Both the position numbers and the translations under genes were made by a program. 64,000 nt of DNA. Origin: Chrysemys picta bellii. Lineage: Eukaryota. This document shows, in pieces, positions 1 through 15,362 of this stretch (the first letter of the stretch is position 1; every line of letters starts with the position of its first letter). The stretch spans positions 6,386,001 to 6,450,000 of the forward strand of contig NC_088809.1 in the NCBI RefSeq assembly GCF_011386835.1, written 5' to 3'. Under the pieces are notes generated by a model. It saw only the letters and a program-made list of their open reading frames with translations. It was not told the DNA's origin and made no database searches.

Positions 1-2819
1 TTATAACCATGCTAGGGAGCATGCAGTGTGTGTATTGTATATGCCACTGTAAGGCGTATGCAGTGTAGACATATTCCACAGGCCATTTGTTTCTTAAAAT
101 GAGACTGCCTACCCATCCCCCCGCATCAGACATATCCCTTTGAACAAACAGACCCTTTTCCTAGGCACATTAACAGCTCAACATGAGAACCTGTAAGGAT
201 GTGTGATATAAATATAAATGCACTATATATAATAGCTGTTTGCAACAGCCAGTTGGAGTGAGGCTACTCTTTTCATCCTCCCATATTTGGTATAAACTTA
301 CTTTATTCCTAGATGTGTGTGCTCCTTTTCCTAGGGAACAGAACAGTGGAGATGTCTAAAAACAATATAAAACTCTTCCCTGTGGATTGAATGAAATGTT
401 AAAATTGCAACCACCATGGAAAACAGAGGACATTAAATAAAATACAAAGAGTAGTTAAGCAGCTTGCTAATGCATTTGGTCACAGATGCATCAATACTGC
501 CATTATAAATGTAACATGTTTTGAGGGGGTTTAACATGCTCAGGCTGCAGATTACATACATGTTTGTAATTTGGGACAGTGTTTCATCAGCCCTGCCCTC
601 AACACCCACAAAAAAGAAAAGAAGTAGGTGCGTGGGGAACTGTCAGGATAGGGGCAGAATGATACTTTATAGCTCTCCTTTCTTGCTTTGCCCTCTAACC
701 AAGGAGGATTCCATAGAATGCCCTTCAAAGACCTTGTTTCACTGCTCAAAAAGGTATGTTTTTTACCTTGGTGTAACTAACCTGTGCGAGCTATCCTGAG
801 GTAAAAACACAGTGAAGATCAAGCACTTCAGTTTTACCGCAAGGTAAACTCACCGCAGTCAACCAGTGGAAGGCTTGCATTGCAGTAAAACCAAAGTGCC
901 TTGGGATAGCTCATGTGTGTTAGTTACTCCAAGGTTAAAAAGGGCCATTTTTTAGCAGTGAAGACAAAGCCAAAGCCTACTGATGCTACCACCACATCTG
1001 CCAAAGGGTTTGCTGCAGAGAGGTGTGATGTTTTCCTTTCCTTCCTCTCCCCAGGTGCTGAGTACATTATAAATCACACAGCTTTTCAACACAATTTGCT
1101 GTGTAAGTTATGTGTGTTAAAACAAAACCAGTACTCTTTTAAACCCTTTCATAACTCAAAACAGTTGTAGTATGAAAAGAAAAAAAAAAACTAGAAGAAT
1201 GATTAGCCCAGTCCCTGTCCCTATGCACACCTCCAAGTCTTCTGATGATTTTAAAGGTTACATATCTTGGTAAGTCTCGCATTTTTCTAAGTGCCTACTG
1301 CGAGCCTGCACCAGGGTCTCCATATTGGGGATAACTGTTCAGGTCCCAAGATCTTTTGGTCAGAAGAAACTGGGAAGAAAGCACTTCATTTGTCATTAGC
1401 TTCCTACCTCATAAATCACAGACACTTTTTTTTACCAGCATTAACTAAACTGGGGAAGGAAGGGAGAATGGATCTGGTTTTCCCAGCCACCACCATTCAG
1501 GCTTTTTGGAGAACTGAGGAAGGGAAAAGAATTCACACACACATCTACTGTAAATGCAGTAACTAGTTTTAACCTAATAAATATTAAGATTTTTAATAGC
1601 CAGTAAATATTGGTCCATCATTTTTACATTATGGCTGCAGACTACGACATTATGACAACGAAACAAAGGAGAAGTCAGAGGATAGCATAACCATCCTTAA
1701 CTTGCCCAACTATGACAGTATTCCAAGGGTCTCTGATCAGTGCATGTAATCTACTATGTAAGCTGCCATACCAATACAAGTTTGAAGTAGCCGCATTGTA
1801 CAACTTTTATAACATTATTTAAATAGATGTTATGTTTACTATTATGCAGTTCCCTTTGAACAGTCAATAAAATTCCTAATTTATTAAAATTAAAGCCTAA
1901 TAACTCTGTTCTAACTGAATAGGAAAAACTAAATTAATGTCACTTTCTACTTCTGAAACCTCCTGTGTACAATGAAAAAAGTTATCACCCACAAAAGCGG
2001 CCAAAATGCATTTCTCTGAATAGGAATAACTATCTAAAACAGATTCTTGTAAACCACATTAAGCAGAAACCAATTCCAACTGCTTTCTGGTTCTGACACT
2101 GTATTTGAAATACAAGACTGGGGGCAAAGGGAAAACAAATTCCAAACACAACACAAAACCACATTGCACAATTACTGAATGGGAACTTGTAGTCATTACT
2201 TTTGTATAATCCCAGATTTCTTCCCACTTCGAAAGGCATATTTTAAAAACACTTTTAACCTTCCCACCCCCCATTTCAAAACAAAGATCAAAGAAAACCA
2301 GTTTGGATGGATACCTTCTGCATCTTATGCAATACAGATTTAGACATTACACCTCAGAACTCCAGCCGTTACTTCAGCACCCAGCAGTCCAAACATTATT
2401 TCAGTCCTTTGAAGCCGATCAAATGGTATCTTCCATTTGCAAGTAACACTTCTGTAGTCAAAGATCTTACTCCAAGGAAATGTTAATGTAAAACCACTCA
2501 GACTGCAGAGACATACATACACTCCTGGAGGCAGACTACAAAGGTGTTTAGAAGTCAATGTAACACCATTATGGAAAGCGTCAGCTTAGTAGCTGTCATA
2601 AACACTTCATAATCACTCAGACGCAAACTGGACTGCCTTTAGCACATTATTTTATTATGTGCTGAATAGGGGTCCAACTGAAGGAGGAAAGAAAGCACAA
2701 TGCTACAGATGATAGCCTTAGTGTATAGCTTTTCACTTAAACTTTGGGACTGTTGCTTCTTAAAACGATTTGGGACTGTGACTCCTAAATAAAATCTTAC
2801 CGATTCCTCTTTTCAGATT

Positions 2820-3049
2820 TCTTGAGCTAGAGTGCTAAAAACAGCAGCGTAGACATTGCAGCACAGACTAGCTGCCCAAGTACAAGCCAGCCTGATCCCG
2901 AGGGTCCTTACTAGGGTGGCTAGCCTGCGCCACTGCCCTCACTACAAAGTCTACACTGCTATTTTTAGCATGCTGCCTGAAGCCGAGCTAGCACGCCTCG
3001 GTCTACCCGCTCTGGGAGGCACACCCCCAACTACAGCGTAGCTAGACCC
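2820..3049. mobile_element. Degenerate palindromic Harbinger-like MITE
   Basis: Internal GTAGAC / GTCTAC and GCTAGC inverted motifs; ends CAGCGTAGCTAGACCC then TAA. The right end of a related element (CAGTGTAGACATA) lies at about 61-76. Confidence 0.45.
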
Positions 3050-3399
3050 TAAGAGGACGTAGAAAAGATACGTATATAGACCATACGCTATTCCAAGTGA
3101 ATGACATAATTTTGTATATAAAGTCACTTTGTCACACAACTGCCAGTTCTTTTTGTACCTGGACCCTAAATAGCAATAGGAAGAGGGTAGGCAAGCGTAG
3201 GTTATGCTATGTCCATTCTTCTTAGAAGTCTCATATAAATCCCCAATCCACGGAATATCAAAGTTTAGAAAAAATTATCTAACTGGGAACTCAAACTAGG
3301 GATAACATGAATGCCAAGGAAAACATTCCAACATTATATTGTTAAACACATATAAGGGGGCAATATTGTTCATATAATCTGCAGCTACACAATCCCTGG

Positions 3400-3535
3400 C
3401 TGTGGTCTTATCAGATCTCACAAGCTATAAGAATAACTTTGGTTGACCTAAAGGTCTCGAAGGAAAACCCTATATATTGCAGAAAGTAGGGATGGTCATT
3501 CAGTAGCTGGCATTCTTTCCCCCATCCACCACCAT
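3400..3535 (+). mobile_element. 5S rRNA-derived SINE fragment (AmnSINE1-like)
   Basis: GTCTTATCAGATCTCACAAGCTA resembles the 5S internal promoter region; followed by GAAAACC...TGCAGAAAGT...ATTCAGTAGCTGGCATTCTTTCCC as recalled for AmnSINE1. Confidence 0.45.
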
Positions 3536-6527
3536 GTCAGTGAAGACTTAATTTCAATCAAGAATACATACCACTGACACCAGCCCAGTTATGGAAGTGA
3601 CATAATTATATAATTAATCAAATTGCCGCTCAATCAAATCCCTTTGTATAAACAAGCATCCTTCTCATCCCACAGCATATAAATCTTATTGACCAAAGCA
3701 ACAAAGGACTGATCCCAAAGAAACTATACTGGACTTCTCCTTTGTAATATATTTAATCAGTGTCCCAAAATTTATGATGAGCCATTCCAGCATCACAAAA
3801 AAACAGATTAATTAGTCAGGAAGGGCTTGCATCTGTGGTCTGACTTTGGAGATCTAAAAACTTCCAGGTGGCACCACTCTCCCTCATAAATGAAGCATAC
3901 AAATAGCAAATAATAATTTTTCCACATTTGTTCCAAAAATATTTTCCTCTTTCCTAGTGGCCTCAAATGCTGCTGGAGAGCGGATACCATGAAGTACTGC
4001 AAACCACCTGATATTTATCCCAACTACAATGGCTCACATTGCCAAGACACGTATATCAAATAGCACCTACAGATAACCCATCTCGAACTCATCATGAATC
4101 TCCTCCAAAGAGTCACTTTCCTGAGGCTGCAAAGCAATGAATGTCACTTTATTTCAGAGACTAGATTCATACACGGTCACAACACAGTTTGCCATTTTAG
4201 AGCGTGTTACTTTGACATCTCATGCCCTGCTCCAAGCTGAGAATTCTCAAAGAGCGGCACCAAGTCTTCAGAACAGCCCCCGTTTTCCTTTTTAAACTTT
4301 CTTAGCTTGGGTATCAATTTGAACACATTCTCAAGCTCAGGAATTACTTTTTGCATAAGGAAGCCCTTCACCAGCTTTCAAAAATAAATCATACCAATAG
4401 GGGTTTGTTATTTCATAGTTTCATTTTTTCTTAGTATTTATTAGTCTAATAAAAAGGAATAACAAGAAATAGAAAATATTCCATTGTGAAATACACTGGA
4501 AAAACATGTAGGCTGGCTGGTGTGGAGACTGCTCTATTGACAGAAGAGACAAGGAATTAGTAGTTATATGCCACTGTTTGACCTAACTATGGTACCTCCA
4601 GGCAAAAAAAAAAAGATTCCCTCCCCCCAAAAGGAGGGAAATGGAGTTCTCCAAGACACTCCTATGCCACCCCTCTTGCCCTCCTCTTACACATAAGACC
4701 CCATTTCATAACAATCTTCCCCTTGGTTATAAGCATAGATGGCTTCCTTCAGAGACACTCATTTCTTCAGCTACAGAGAGTCACCTGAGAAGTATACAAG
4801 GCACTCTCCCACCTCAGGCCCAGGGAAAGAATATACTATATCAACAGAGAATTGATCCCTTGCCAGATGAAGACCCAAACTCTAATCTCTTCTACTGTAA
4901 ACTAGCCCAGACAAGTCCAATGTCACACAATCAGGTGTGTGTGCCTCTATACACCTTTCAGTAAACACTTATCTGTTCAAATAAATTCATTAGAGAAAGT
5001 TCAAAGAAGTTATGTTATAGAAAAATCTTTAACTTAGATCAGTGTCATTATCTCTATGTATTCTAACTTATTTGTTCAGAATCCTGTTAGGATCGCTGGT
5101 ACTACTGAAGCTGTACTATATTTTTTAGCTCAATATCTTAGTGACACCTAATGTTTGTTCCCTGTAATACACATGACGAATGAAGCACAGTGGTTTTTTA
5201 AAAGGGTTAAACACTCACTTTTTGTATAAGAATATTTTCAAGTTTAAAAAGTTTTAATTGTATACAAAAATTATACGTGCTAAATTCTTATAGTATATAC
5301 TGTAACTTCCTTACTCAAGAAGTAAACAACCAATTTGGTTTTTCTACAAGCATATACTTCTTTTTTAAAAGTTTAAAGACAAAAATACAGCAGCATCCAA
5401 ATGTTCCATTCTGCTCCATTCAAAATAAAGTATTGAATGTGAGAAACAACTGTAGTTCCTCAGGAAATATAAGAAAATATACAAATTCCCAAATTCCACA
5501 TGAAGTACAGTAGGGTACATTAGGGCCTCTTATTTTACATCACCACCCACCAAACTGTGGGCTCTTAACTTTCTAAAAAAGGTTTTCTTCCTCCTCTTTA
5601 GCAGGAAAGACATAAATTGCAAGAAAAATTCCAATTCTGTCTCCCCCTGTAAAACCAAATTGTTAGTCCTTAACACAGCTCCCTAGCTGGTGTGCAAAAG
5701 TACTTTCAAAGAGAAAATGAAATTCCATTTCATTTCCTAAAATGTAGCCTGCTGTATAAAAACTACTCTCTTTCTCACCCAGGGAGGGATGAAAAGGAGA
5801 AATATTTTCCAGAAAGGCTCTGTATTCTACAAAGAAGAGAAATTTCATCCAGTATGCTCACTGGGTTTATTTTGAAGTATAAAGTGTTGGACACACTAGA
5901 TTTTATGAGTTAAGAATTTTATCACATACCATACTAAACTTTATTCTAAGTTCAAGAAATTTGGGGAAAATTTCCCAAATTAAATCCATGTGCTCAAACC
6001 ATTCTGAAACACAAATTGCATGCTATGTATGACAGAATAAAATTAAATCCATATGCACATATAGACTTTAATAAAATTAAAATTGCAAATCATGTACATG
6101 ACAGACACACATTGTGATTGTAAAATGCTATTAATATTGTCATGCTTGCATTCCTGGGAAATGTAAATCCTTTTCATAATTTTTCATATAACAGTTGAAT
6201 TTACCCTTCCTCCTTAGGGTGGACATCTTTCCCCTATATTTATATGATATTAACTTCTCTGTAACATTACACCCTGCTCCAAATCAAAAAATTACCTTTA
6301 CAGCAAGTATCCGAATAAAAAAAACCCTCAGATTTAAAGTTAGGTAGTTTAATTTAAGAGTGTGAGTTACACCAAATATTAATCTTATGTTAAACCATTT
6401 TACATGTACGACATATGCTGTAACCTTCTACTTTTAGTTTAAAGTAATATAGTTTGTTATAAAAAAATTAGATATGGCATAAAATCAGCATCTCAAGGAG
6501 GCCTGTTTTCTGAAGACAGAGTTATTA

Positions 6528-6725
<198 letters not shown>

Positions 6726-7599
6726 TCAAAATCCATATTCATATTAGAATTAAAGGCAAAGCAATGTGCTTTTTAATCCTTAACTCCTATAACTGAAAAA
6801 ATAGTGAAAAAATGTTCCTTTAGACACAAGGAATAAGATCTGTAATTAGAGTTTTATTTGAGAGGGTACAAAATACCAGTTTAGAGGGAGTGATGACGGG
6901 AAACTTCCTACACAATATAAGAAAGGAGGCTATGACAAGATGACTCAGAGGTCTTTGTCATTCCTATCTTCTGTCATTATTAGCACATGATCAAGTTATT
7001 TTTCTATAAGCACCATGAAATTCTAGAAAAGCACCTCTTCACATTTCACAGTTACTAACTCTGAAGCCAAGTTTACAAAATATATACAGTCTACAGTGCT
7101 CTGCTGAGATTTAGCAAGAGAAATTATTAGTGCATTTAGAAGGAAAGATTGAGTACACAGAGAAAATAGAGGAATCAGTTATTTCTTCTTCAGTACTTTT
7201 TCAGAGGTACTTTGTCTATTTAGGAAAAGAGAAGTCTATTTCCTGAGCAAATATAATCATCTGTAAGCTACATTACTGCCAGTTCACATAATGCTATCAT
7301 ATGGACAAATCGGAGGAAAATCACAGAGGAGCAACAAATAATAATTATAACAAAGATGACACTTATGTAGCACTTTGATGATTAGATATATTATCTAATG
7401 CTCACAACACCCTTCTGAAAAAGGTAATTTACATAAAAATATGAAGGTGCTATAGGAAATATATCAAGACAGACTAAAAATAACCAAATGTTTTTATATC
7501 TTGGCTAAGGCCGCTCTACCCTAAAGTTAGCAAGAAGCATAATGTTCTAAAAGCAGGTAAACTTCAGGCAGGGAGAACAACTCTTCAGGATGGTACAAG

Positions 7600-7866
7600 A
7601 TTATAACCAAGACTAACAAGATTAAACTGAACTAAGGTAAATTTAGGATGAATATGAAAAGTAAAGGTTTGATTGGATATGTTTGATTTTCTGTCATACT
7701 GTGGCAAGTGAAGGGAAGTGGCGAAAGCCCCAGTGGCTGGAACATTTACAAATGCACAGCAAGGAAAAAGAAACCTACTAGGAAATAATCACGCACTGGC
7801 CTTGCGCATGAGGCAGTGAGATATACAAGCTAATCTAACAGGTCTTTTCCGTCTCTAACATCTATA
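7600..7866 (+). mobile_element. Old CR1 3' fragment
   Basis: GGTAAATTTAGGATGAATAT ... CTAACAGGTCTTTTCCGTCTCTAACATCTAT. A similar short tail lies at about 38690-38782. Confidence 0.55.
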
Positions 7867-8229
7867 AATTTGTGAACTAGGAATCTTTGTGCCATTCCAA
7901 CAGCTATAATTAGTATAATTTGCCCTACTTACCACTAGGACATGAAGATTCCCTATCATGTCATACTATCATGTCACATCTGGGATCAGAATGAGCCTTT
8001 ACCACAGGAGTAAGGAGGAGGACACTGAGGTAACAATCAAGTTGTAGCAAACATCTGGAGGAGTTTCCAAAAGCATTTGGAGAGCTACAGCCTATGACTT
8101 GTAGGATAGGCTTAGAGCTCCATGGTTAGTAAAAGCATATTGATGTACATTGTTAACACCTCCATATGGGAGAGCAAGATGTATGGTTCATTCAAGCGGT
8201 CGTATGGCCCTCATTCACCTCACACTGAA

Positions 8230-8880
8230 GTCCCACCACCTACCACATAGGTTCTAACCTTCCTTGTTTGAGAAAGATTATTGGGAAGATGGAGGCAAAA
8301 CAGCTCAAGTCTTATCTGAAGAGAGAACTTTCTTCACACCTTTCAATATGGCTATAGGCCTACGTAAGGCACAAAGACTGCAATGATCATTTCCTCTTAA
8401 TGATGGTCAAAGTCTGTTGTCCATGCTGATTCAACAGCCTCCAATAGGAGCAAACAAGTCCTACTTAAGTATATATTCTGTTCTTGAGCTATTCTTTTTC
8501 CTCAACAATATCAAAGAGGATGGAGTTAGGTTACTGCTCATCCACTTTGACAGCTCTCTATCGCTAGGTAACACAAAAGTCTATTATGGCACTGCACCCA
8601 TTCAATATGTGTGCATGAAGCCACTGGGAGAGATAATTAGGTGATTCAGGCTACAAACTTACGAATACACGGATTACACTCAGCCCTATGTTTTGTTTTC
8701 AACTGATCTGGATAGTGAGGGGCCAAGTGGCTTTTCTCTGGAATTTGCTTATTTCACTAATCCTACCACACCAGAGTTCACTCACCTTCAAAGCACATTT
8801 CAAGAAATTTGCTGAGCAAAGGCCTATCTATTCACTCAGGATTTTACACAATAACGATTCATTCCTGGTTAGTAAGGAGG
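8230..8880 (+). mobile_element. Degenerate L2-clade LINE reverse-transcriptase fragment
   Basis: Fragmented translations FQYGYRP (cf. FQSGFRP), MKPLGEIIR and EYTDYTQ (cf. QYADDTQ), with stops and frameshifts. Confidence 0.65.
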
Positions 8881-8950
8881 AGTAAAGGAGTTCTGTTTGA
8901 GCCAATGCTTGTCTATACTGTAATTTTTTAATTTTGCTAGTTTAAAATTA

Positions 8951-9085
<135 letters not shown>

Positions 9086-10269
9086 CTACACAAAAAAAGA
9101 GAAAGGTTGAAAGAAAATAAACAAAGTATAACATCTTTATTTTTTGCTCTCCGTATAGAGCACATCAGGTAATGCACGGAAAACAAGAATTGTTGCATAT
9201 ATCTTATACTCTCCGTATTTCTGGGAGGTTTTGAGAGGAGTGGTTCCCTGGTCAACACATTTCATCTTAAATATAATTCAACTAGTGTAGCAACACTTAT
9301 TAAAGTAAAAGTGGCAAGACACAGACAACCACAGACCTTCCAGGTACAGGGAATAAAAGCCAACTGGCTTCTAAGAAACATAAACCTTGTATTAAATTGG
9401 ACAGAACAAAAGATAGTTGTTTCTATAATCCTTGATTTTGTCAATTTAAACTATTTTTAAATAGAATCAAAAGAAGATCTTTAGAGAGAGGTATGTTTAT
9501 TCTTTTAATTCCTTTTTGACCCACTTAAACACTTTATAAGCAAGGCTAAAAAAATTGAAACCTTTCTTTCCTATGAAGCTCATTCCTACTGAGACATTTT
9601 AATTATATACCTATGATTTTAATATTACCATAATATTTAAGTTTGAAAGAGAACGCACTGTTACTCAATCAAAGTAGATCCATACTTCAGTTAAATATAT
9701 TCTACAGATGCCCCTAAAGAGATGAGGTACAAAGAGAAATTGGAATGAAGCTTCTTGGTGTTTCTAGACAACCTAAGTTTTACAGTTCTCAGGAGAAACA
9801 GCAGTAATCAGAATATGAGTTACAGAGGAAATACCATCGTTTCCAACTGAATTATTGCAAGATACTGTGCAGTATTTTGGATTAAATATGAAAAGAACTT
9901 GTATAATCACTGTGTGCATGCTGAACAAGCAATAATATGCACTCAAAATGTAAATAAAAAATTAGTGTTGGTATTATTTTTCAAAACAAAGCATGTTCCA
10001 TGCCTACAAGGCAAATTGACTTGTAAAATATAACTAAGAGTGCATCTTTTTAACTATGGAGAAAAAATACCTGAGTATAAGAACAGGTTAAAATACAACA
10101 ATTCTTTCAATAAAAGTTTGACTATCCTTACTTTTACACCATAACTTGAATCACAACATGAAAAAATGCATTTGGCAAATTACTAATAGTCAGAATCGTC
10201 AGTGGGAAACTTTTCCTAACAGGAGTCAGGGTGTGCCAATTTCTTTTTAAAAAAGAAATTTCTACCTTG

Positions 10270-10326
10270 TATAATTAACTATTAATTATTATTATTACTA
10301 TTAATTATTATTATTATTATTATTAA
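10270..10326. repeat. (ATT)n microsatellite, imperfect
   Basis: Directly visible. Confidence 0.85.
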
Positions 10327-11073
10327 CTGATTCCAGCTATGAATCAATGCAATGTTGTCTTCCTGAGTGTACAGATAAACAGTTACAGTTCCTCTACTAC
10401 TGTCCACAGTTTTCCCAAATACCAGGAGCATGAAATTAATCCCACTCTGATCAGTTTCAGCCTGCTACTTAGAACCCTGTGGGCAGCGGTGAAGTGACCA
10501 CAGCCATATCAATTCATTCTGCAGTTACTTGTGAAAGCTAGAAACAACAGAGCACAAAAGGACCAAGGCTATTCTTAGGGGAGAATGAACCAAGATATGG
10601 AATCTGGGGGGAAAAGCAGAATGACAGATTCATGTGTTCCTCTCCCCTCACAACAGGCTGGAGAAGGGGTATATTAGCAAATCTCCTCCACCCAGCAGCA
10701 ACCTGAAGGTTCTGAGGCAAGTGGAGAAAGGAAGAGAGGAAAAGAAAAGAAAAAAAAAAACCCTCTTCTCCTTTCCAGCAAACATTAAACTTGCAAAACA
10801 AGCAGGTGTGTATCTAACTTTTCTGACGCCTACTAGCCAGACATTGACACAAAAACACACGAGTTCCTAAGCATGGTCCAGAAATACCAGCTTGGTAGGA
10901 GTCCCAGCAATTAGGAGGGTTGGGCTTCCCACAAAAGTGTTGTCTATCTACCTCACAAGTAGGCCTCTGCCTTTCATTGCTACCATGGCCACGTCTTTAA
11001 GTAGGCAGAAAATTTAACCCTCGCTCACTAGTACATACATGATACATTTTTCAAGCCTTGTTTTTAAATACTT

Positions 11074-11256
11074 TGGCCAAGACTTTGAACTGACTAATGA
11101 TTTTGGGTGTCCAACTGGAAACACCTCAAAGGTACCTGATTTTCAGACAGTACGCACTTTCTGAAAGTCAGGCCCTTTTAAGGTGTCTAAGATGGGGGAC
11201 CAAAAAAAATTTGAAGCACTCAAAATTACCTGGCAGCCACTTTTAAAAATTTTGGT
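11074..11256. repeat. Old palindromic MITE-like repeat
   Basis: Inverted arms ...ACACCTCAAAGGTACCTGATTTTCAGA / TCTGAAAGTCAGGCCCTTTTAAGGTGT... Confidence 0.5.
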
Positions 11257-11361
11257 ATTTGTTCTTTGTATAAATTGGACCAAAATATCACTATGTAGCT
11301 GCACCTTACTTATATGTATTACTAGCACTGTGAAGAGAGTGGGGTTTTTTTAGTCCCTTAC

Positions 11362-11416
11362 CTGTGGCACAACATCTTGAAGAAACGTAACAACACTTTC
11401 CATATATGACTGTTCC
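11362..11416 (-). CDS. BCAS3: BCAS3 exon 3
   Basis: tcttctttttccag|G GAA CAG TCA TAT ATG...; EQSYMESVVTFLQDVVPQ; 55 nt; CAG|gtaagg. Confidence 0.95.
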
Positions 11417-11728
11417 CTGGAAAAGAAGAGTCCTTAATTACTGTAAGTCTAAATACAGACATAAATACATTAACTATTACATATCACTGGGGAAAATGAG
11501 GCAGGCTATGTCTCGGTTTAGATTATCTACAAAAGACTGATTGGCAATTCATTGGCTGATAACTGGTGGGGAAACCTCCAATTCCAGACTGTATGGTTTC
11601 TTTACAAATTTGTGGGGTTACATTTTGGTTTTTACACTGCACACCTACTCAACTGCATTTAAAATGTCCCCAATTATTCCACTTAGAAATATATGGTGTT
11701 ATCCCTTGACGGTATGTAATTCAAGGTA

Positions 11729-12139
11729 TAACAGAACCTCAGAATTACAAACACTTCGGGAGTGGAGGTTGTTCAAAGCTCTGAAATGTTCGTAACTTTG
11801 AACAAAAGATTATGGTTGTGCTTTCAAACATTTCCACTTCAATATTGACTTAATACAGCTTTGAAATTTTACTCTGCAGAAGAAAAATGCTGCTTTTACC
11901 CATCTTAATTTAAATGAAACAAGCACAGAAACAGATTTCCTTACCTTGTCAAATCTTTATTTTAAAACTTTCCCTTTATTTTAGTAGTTTTGTGTTTAAC
12001 ACAGTACTTTATTGTACAGTATTTGCCTTTTTTGGAAGGGGGTCTCTGATGCCTGATTGCGTACTTCCTGTTCCAAATGAGGCATTTGGTTAACCGGTCA
12101 GTTCGTAACTCTGGTGTTCGTTAGTCTGACGTTCTACTG
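11729..12139. mobile_element. Tc1/mariner Tigger-like MITE
   Basis: TA|TAACAGAACCTCAGAATTAC ... GTCTGACGTTCTACTG|TA: degenerate TIRs with TA target duplication. Confidence 0.65.
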
Positions 12140-15100
12140 TACTACACAATACGCATAAAGTCTGGAAAATTTAGCACCCAAATACTTGAAAAACTGACTA
12201 TCCCACACTGGTCACAAAGTAAGGGCATTGAAGTCTGTAAAGGGTTAAGACGTCTCTGCCTGTCACATGTCAGGGAAAAGTGTAAAAAGAAGGGAAAGTT
12301 GGATCAAAGGAGAAGGCTGTGTCCTCTTCCCTCCTGGCTGGTTAAAGCAAGCAAAGCCTTTGGGAATTATTCTTCAGTGTTTTTCATTTTGTTTTGTGAT
12401 TGATGTGTGGACAATAAAACAAGCCCTGAAGAAAGGGCATTAAAAGACTAATAGCTGAAACATTATTTCTCTTCCTGGGCTGGGGAAACTACCCGCCAGC
12501 TTACATATGCTAGGCACTACCATGAAGTTAGTAGAAACCTCTCTTATCTGTTCCCAAGATAAAGCAGGCTAAGATTAGTGGGAAGACATTTTCAGTGGAG
12601 CTCTTACGCTGTGGAACTCACTCCTCTTGGCAATTCATTATCAGCTGCAATTTAGAGTGCTGTGGGGTATAGTGCAAGGCACATATGTTCTGATAGACTT
12701 TAAGGTTTTTATTAAAGTATCTTACATAATAGAGAGGTGAGCGTCTCAGATATGCTGTGTAGCTGCTGAGCAACAAAATATGTAGACTGACCACATAAGG
12801 CTGACGATATCTTCATATAATGCTAGTCACCTAACTTGGCAATGGACAACATGTTCAGCTGCTCATATAATTTTTAAAAAGTTAGTGGTGATTCTAAATT
12901 TTATTCAGCTAACTCTCTGCATCCAACAACTTTGACATACTTCAGATTGATGATTATTTTGGTACATGTTCAATCTGTTTTAACACAACGACTTAAGTGT
13001 TAAGTCTAGAATTACCAATAGCAGCAAATACAAGTTGTTGCCACTACTGCCCTTGCTGCTGGAACAAAGAAATCCAGATTCCTGCTACCAAAAGGCTCAG
13101 CCACTTTCCTTCTCAATAGAACTGTGTAAATATCTTGTCCACATAAAATGTTGGTGACATTCAGTATTTGGAAGGCTTTGTTCTCTCCAGTCATGACAGC
13201 ACTAGGGGAGGAGATGTAAGTTTCTGCATACACTTTTATAACAGGTCGGTTCTACAGCTCCAGGAGCATCAGTTCTAAATGTAACAAGTTGCCTGCCCTG
13301 TGAAATGAAGGCAAATCTGAAAAATTGTTCCTGAAGATTGAGAAACGGTTTATTCTGGACCAAAACTGACAAAAGTGGATAAAAAGATTACTGAGCTAAA
13401 GAGAGTTTATCCTAGTGGTTAGAGCAGAGCACTTTAAGACAAGACTCCTGATTTCTATTCCTGATTGACTCATTGTGTAATCTTGGCCAGGTCATGATCT
13501 CTGTCCCTCTATAAACTTGTCTATACTACAGGATAATTAAAACCTAATTAATGTTTATGTATACTACCTTTAACAAAAGGGTGGTAATGTCTTCATTTCA
13601 TAAATGTGTGCTGATGCTTTCCAAAGTATATCTTTAATGAGTAAACCAAGCAGGCAGGCTTTGGAAATGTTTTGTTCAATGTATGTACACTAAACCTCTC
13701 TTGGAAAGAAATTAAGCAATGATTAGCAGACAGAATGCTGAAGGCTAAGAACTTCTGAGAGAATTTCTTCTTTGATGTACTTATTTAAAAAACAAACAAA
13801 CTATGAAACCTTAGTTTTTGCGAGGGTAATTGATAAATCAATAGTTGAAGTAGGTCTCAAGCTAGCTTCTCTTTTGTATATGGTTCCCTTGTTTTTGTGG
13901 GTTGTTAAAATGTTCTGCCATTTGTTTGATAAGCTACTAATTCAAGATGAGGGCAGGAAGTTCAAGTTTGTTGCATGCGACCCAAAAAAAAAATCAATTC
14001 TGAGATAAAGGATGAGAGATGTACCCATACCTGAGATATGCAGGTTGGGAAAACATAACCTGGAAAATAATCACCACACAAAAAGCACATAATCAAATAT
14101 TCTTATAGAGCTTTTCTCTTTTAATTACTGTTTTTCCAGAGAACAAGCTCCACAGAACAGGTTACTACAAACAGAATTGCATTTAGCAAATTGTAAGCTT
14201 TCTTTTACAGGCTTCTCCTCCCTTATATGAAAGCTTAGGTTGCAAAGACCTAGTTGTTTATGCAACTCACTGAGTTACAGGAACAGCTGCATTTTATTTG
14301 CTCCTGCTAAAAATTAAGTGAATCCTGAGATCTAAACAGACAGTCATCCCCATCATTATCATTGAACATGTTTTGTCAGCTCTTGTACATAAAGTACAAG
14401 GTGCCAAAACACACATGAAAGTGCAATGCAATAACATAACAAAACAAAACAAAAACTAGTCAGCAGCATAATGCCACCACTGAGAATATTTCACCCATTC
14501 TGCTACAAAAGAACTTATGACAGGCAAAGCCAGGACTACACAAGTTTTCTGGTTACTCTAATTGAGGATGTTCACCATTCAACCATTGACATGTGAAGGT
14601 AACTTAGAGGAGACCTGGAAAGGTAGGAAAGTCTGTTACGCACTGTGTTTTGGAGGGAGATAGGTAACTACATTTTTATTTTTTTTAACCTTCACTGTAT
14701 TTGTCTTCTTTGTTCTCCTGAGTGAGCAGTACACTGAAATCCACAACAACCCCACTTACTGAGACAGTGCAGATATCAAGATCTTTATACCTTTTAATAT
14801 AAGAATGGAACAGAGAGAGACAGCAGTGGGGGGAGGGGGAGGGAAATCTACAAATTCCCACTAAGGACAAGTTTGTTATGACTCAGTTGTATCTAGTGTC
14901 GAGTTTGTTTAGCAAGCAAAATATGTTTTGCAATCTTTTCTTGTTTATTTATAAAGTGTTCAATCATCTACCCTGTAACTTGTACGGCTGGTGAACATTT
15001 TGGCCTACCAATCTCAAATGTATCCCTTTCAAAGAGAAGGCCTGCTGTGTATAATCTTGTAAATCTGGAAAGAGGCATTTATTTATTTTCTTTAGCTGGA

Positions 15101-15248
15101 AAATACTGAGCACAACAAAACTGTACTGTTTAGGACAGGAAGTTGCTGCTGATTTTGAGAGGACCACATTAGTGCCATGTACTTGTTTTACAGGAATATT
15201 CTAGGGATTTCAAACAAAGATAACTGGACATCTTCTAAAACATGCTTA

Positions 15249-15362
<114 letters not shown>

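Noticed and set aside
12235-12508. Solo LTR (TGTAA...AATAAA...TTACA)
   Set aside because: Plausible termini but no matching TSD and no family recognition; too weak to call.
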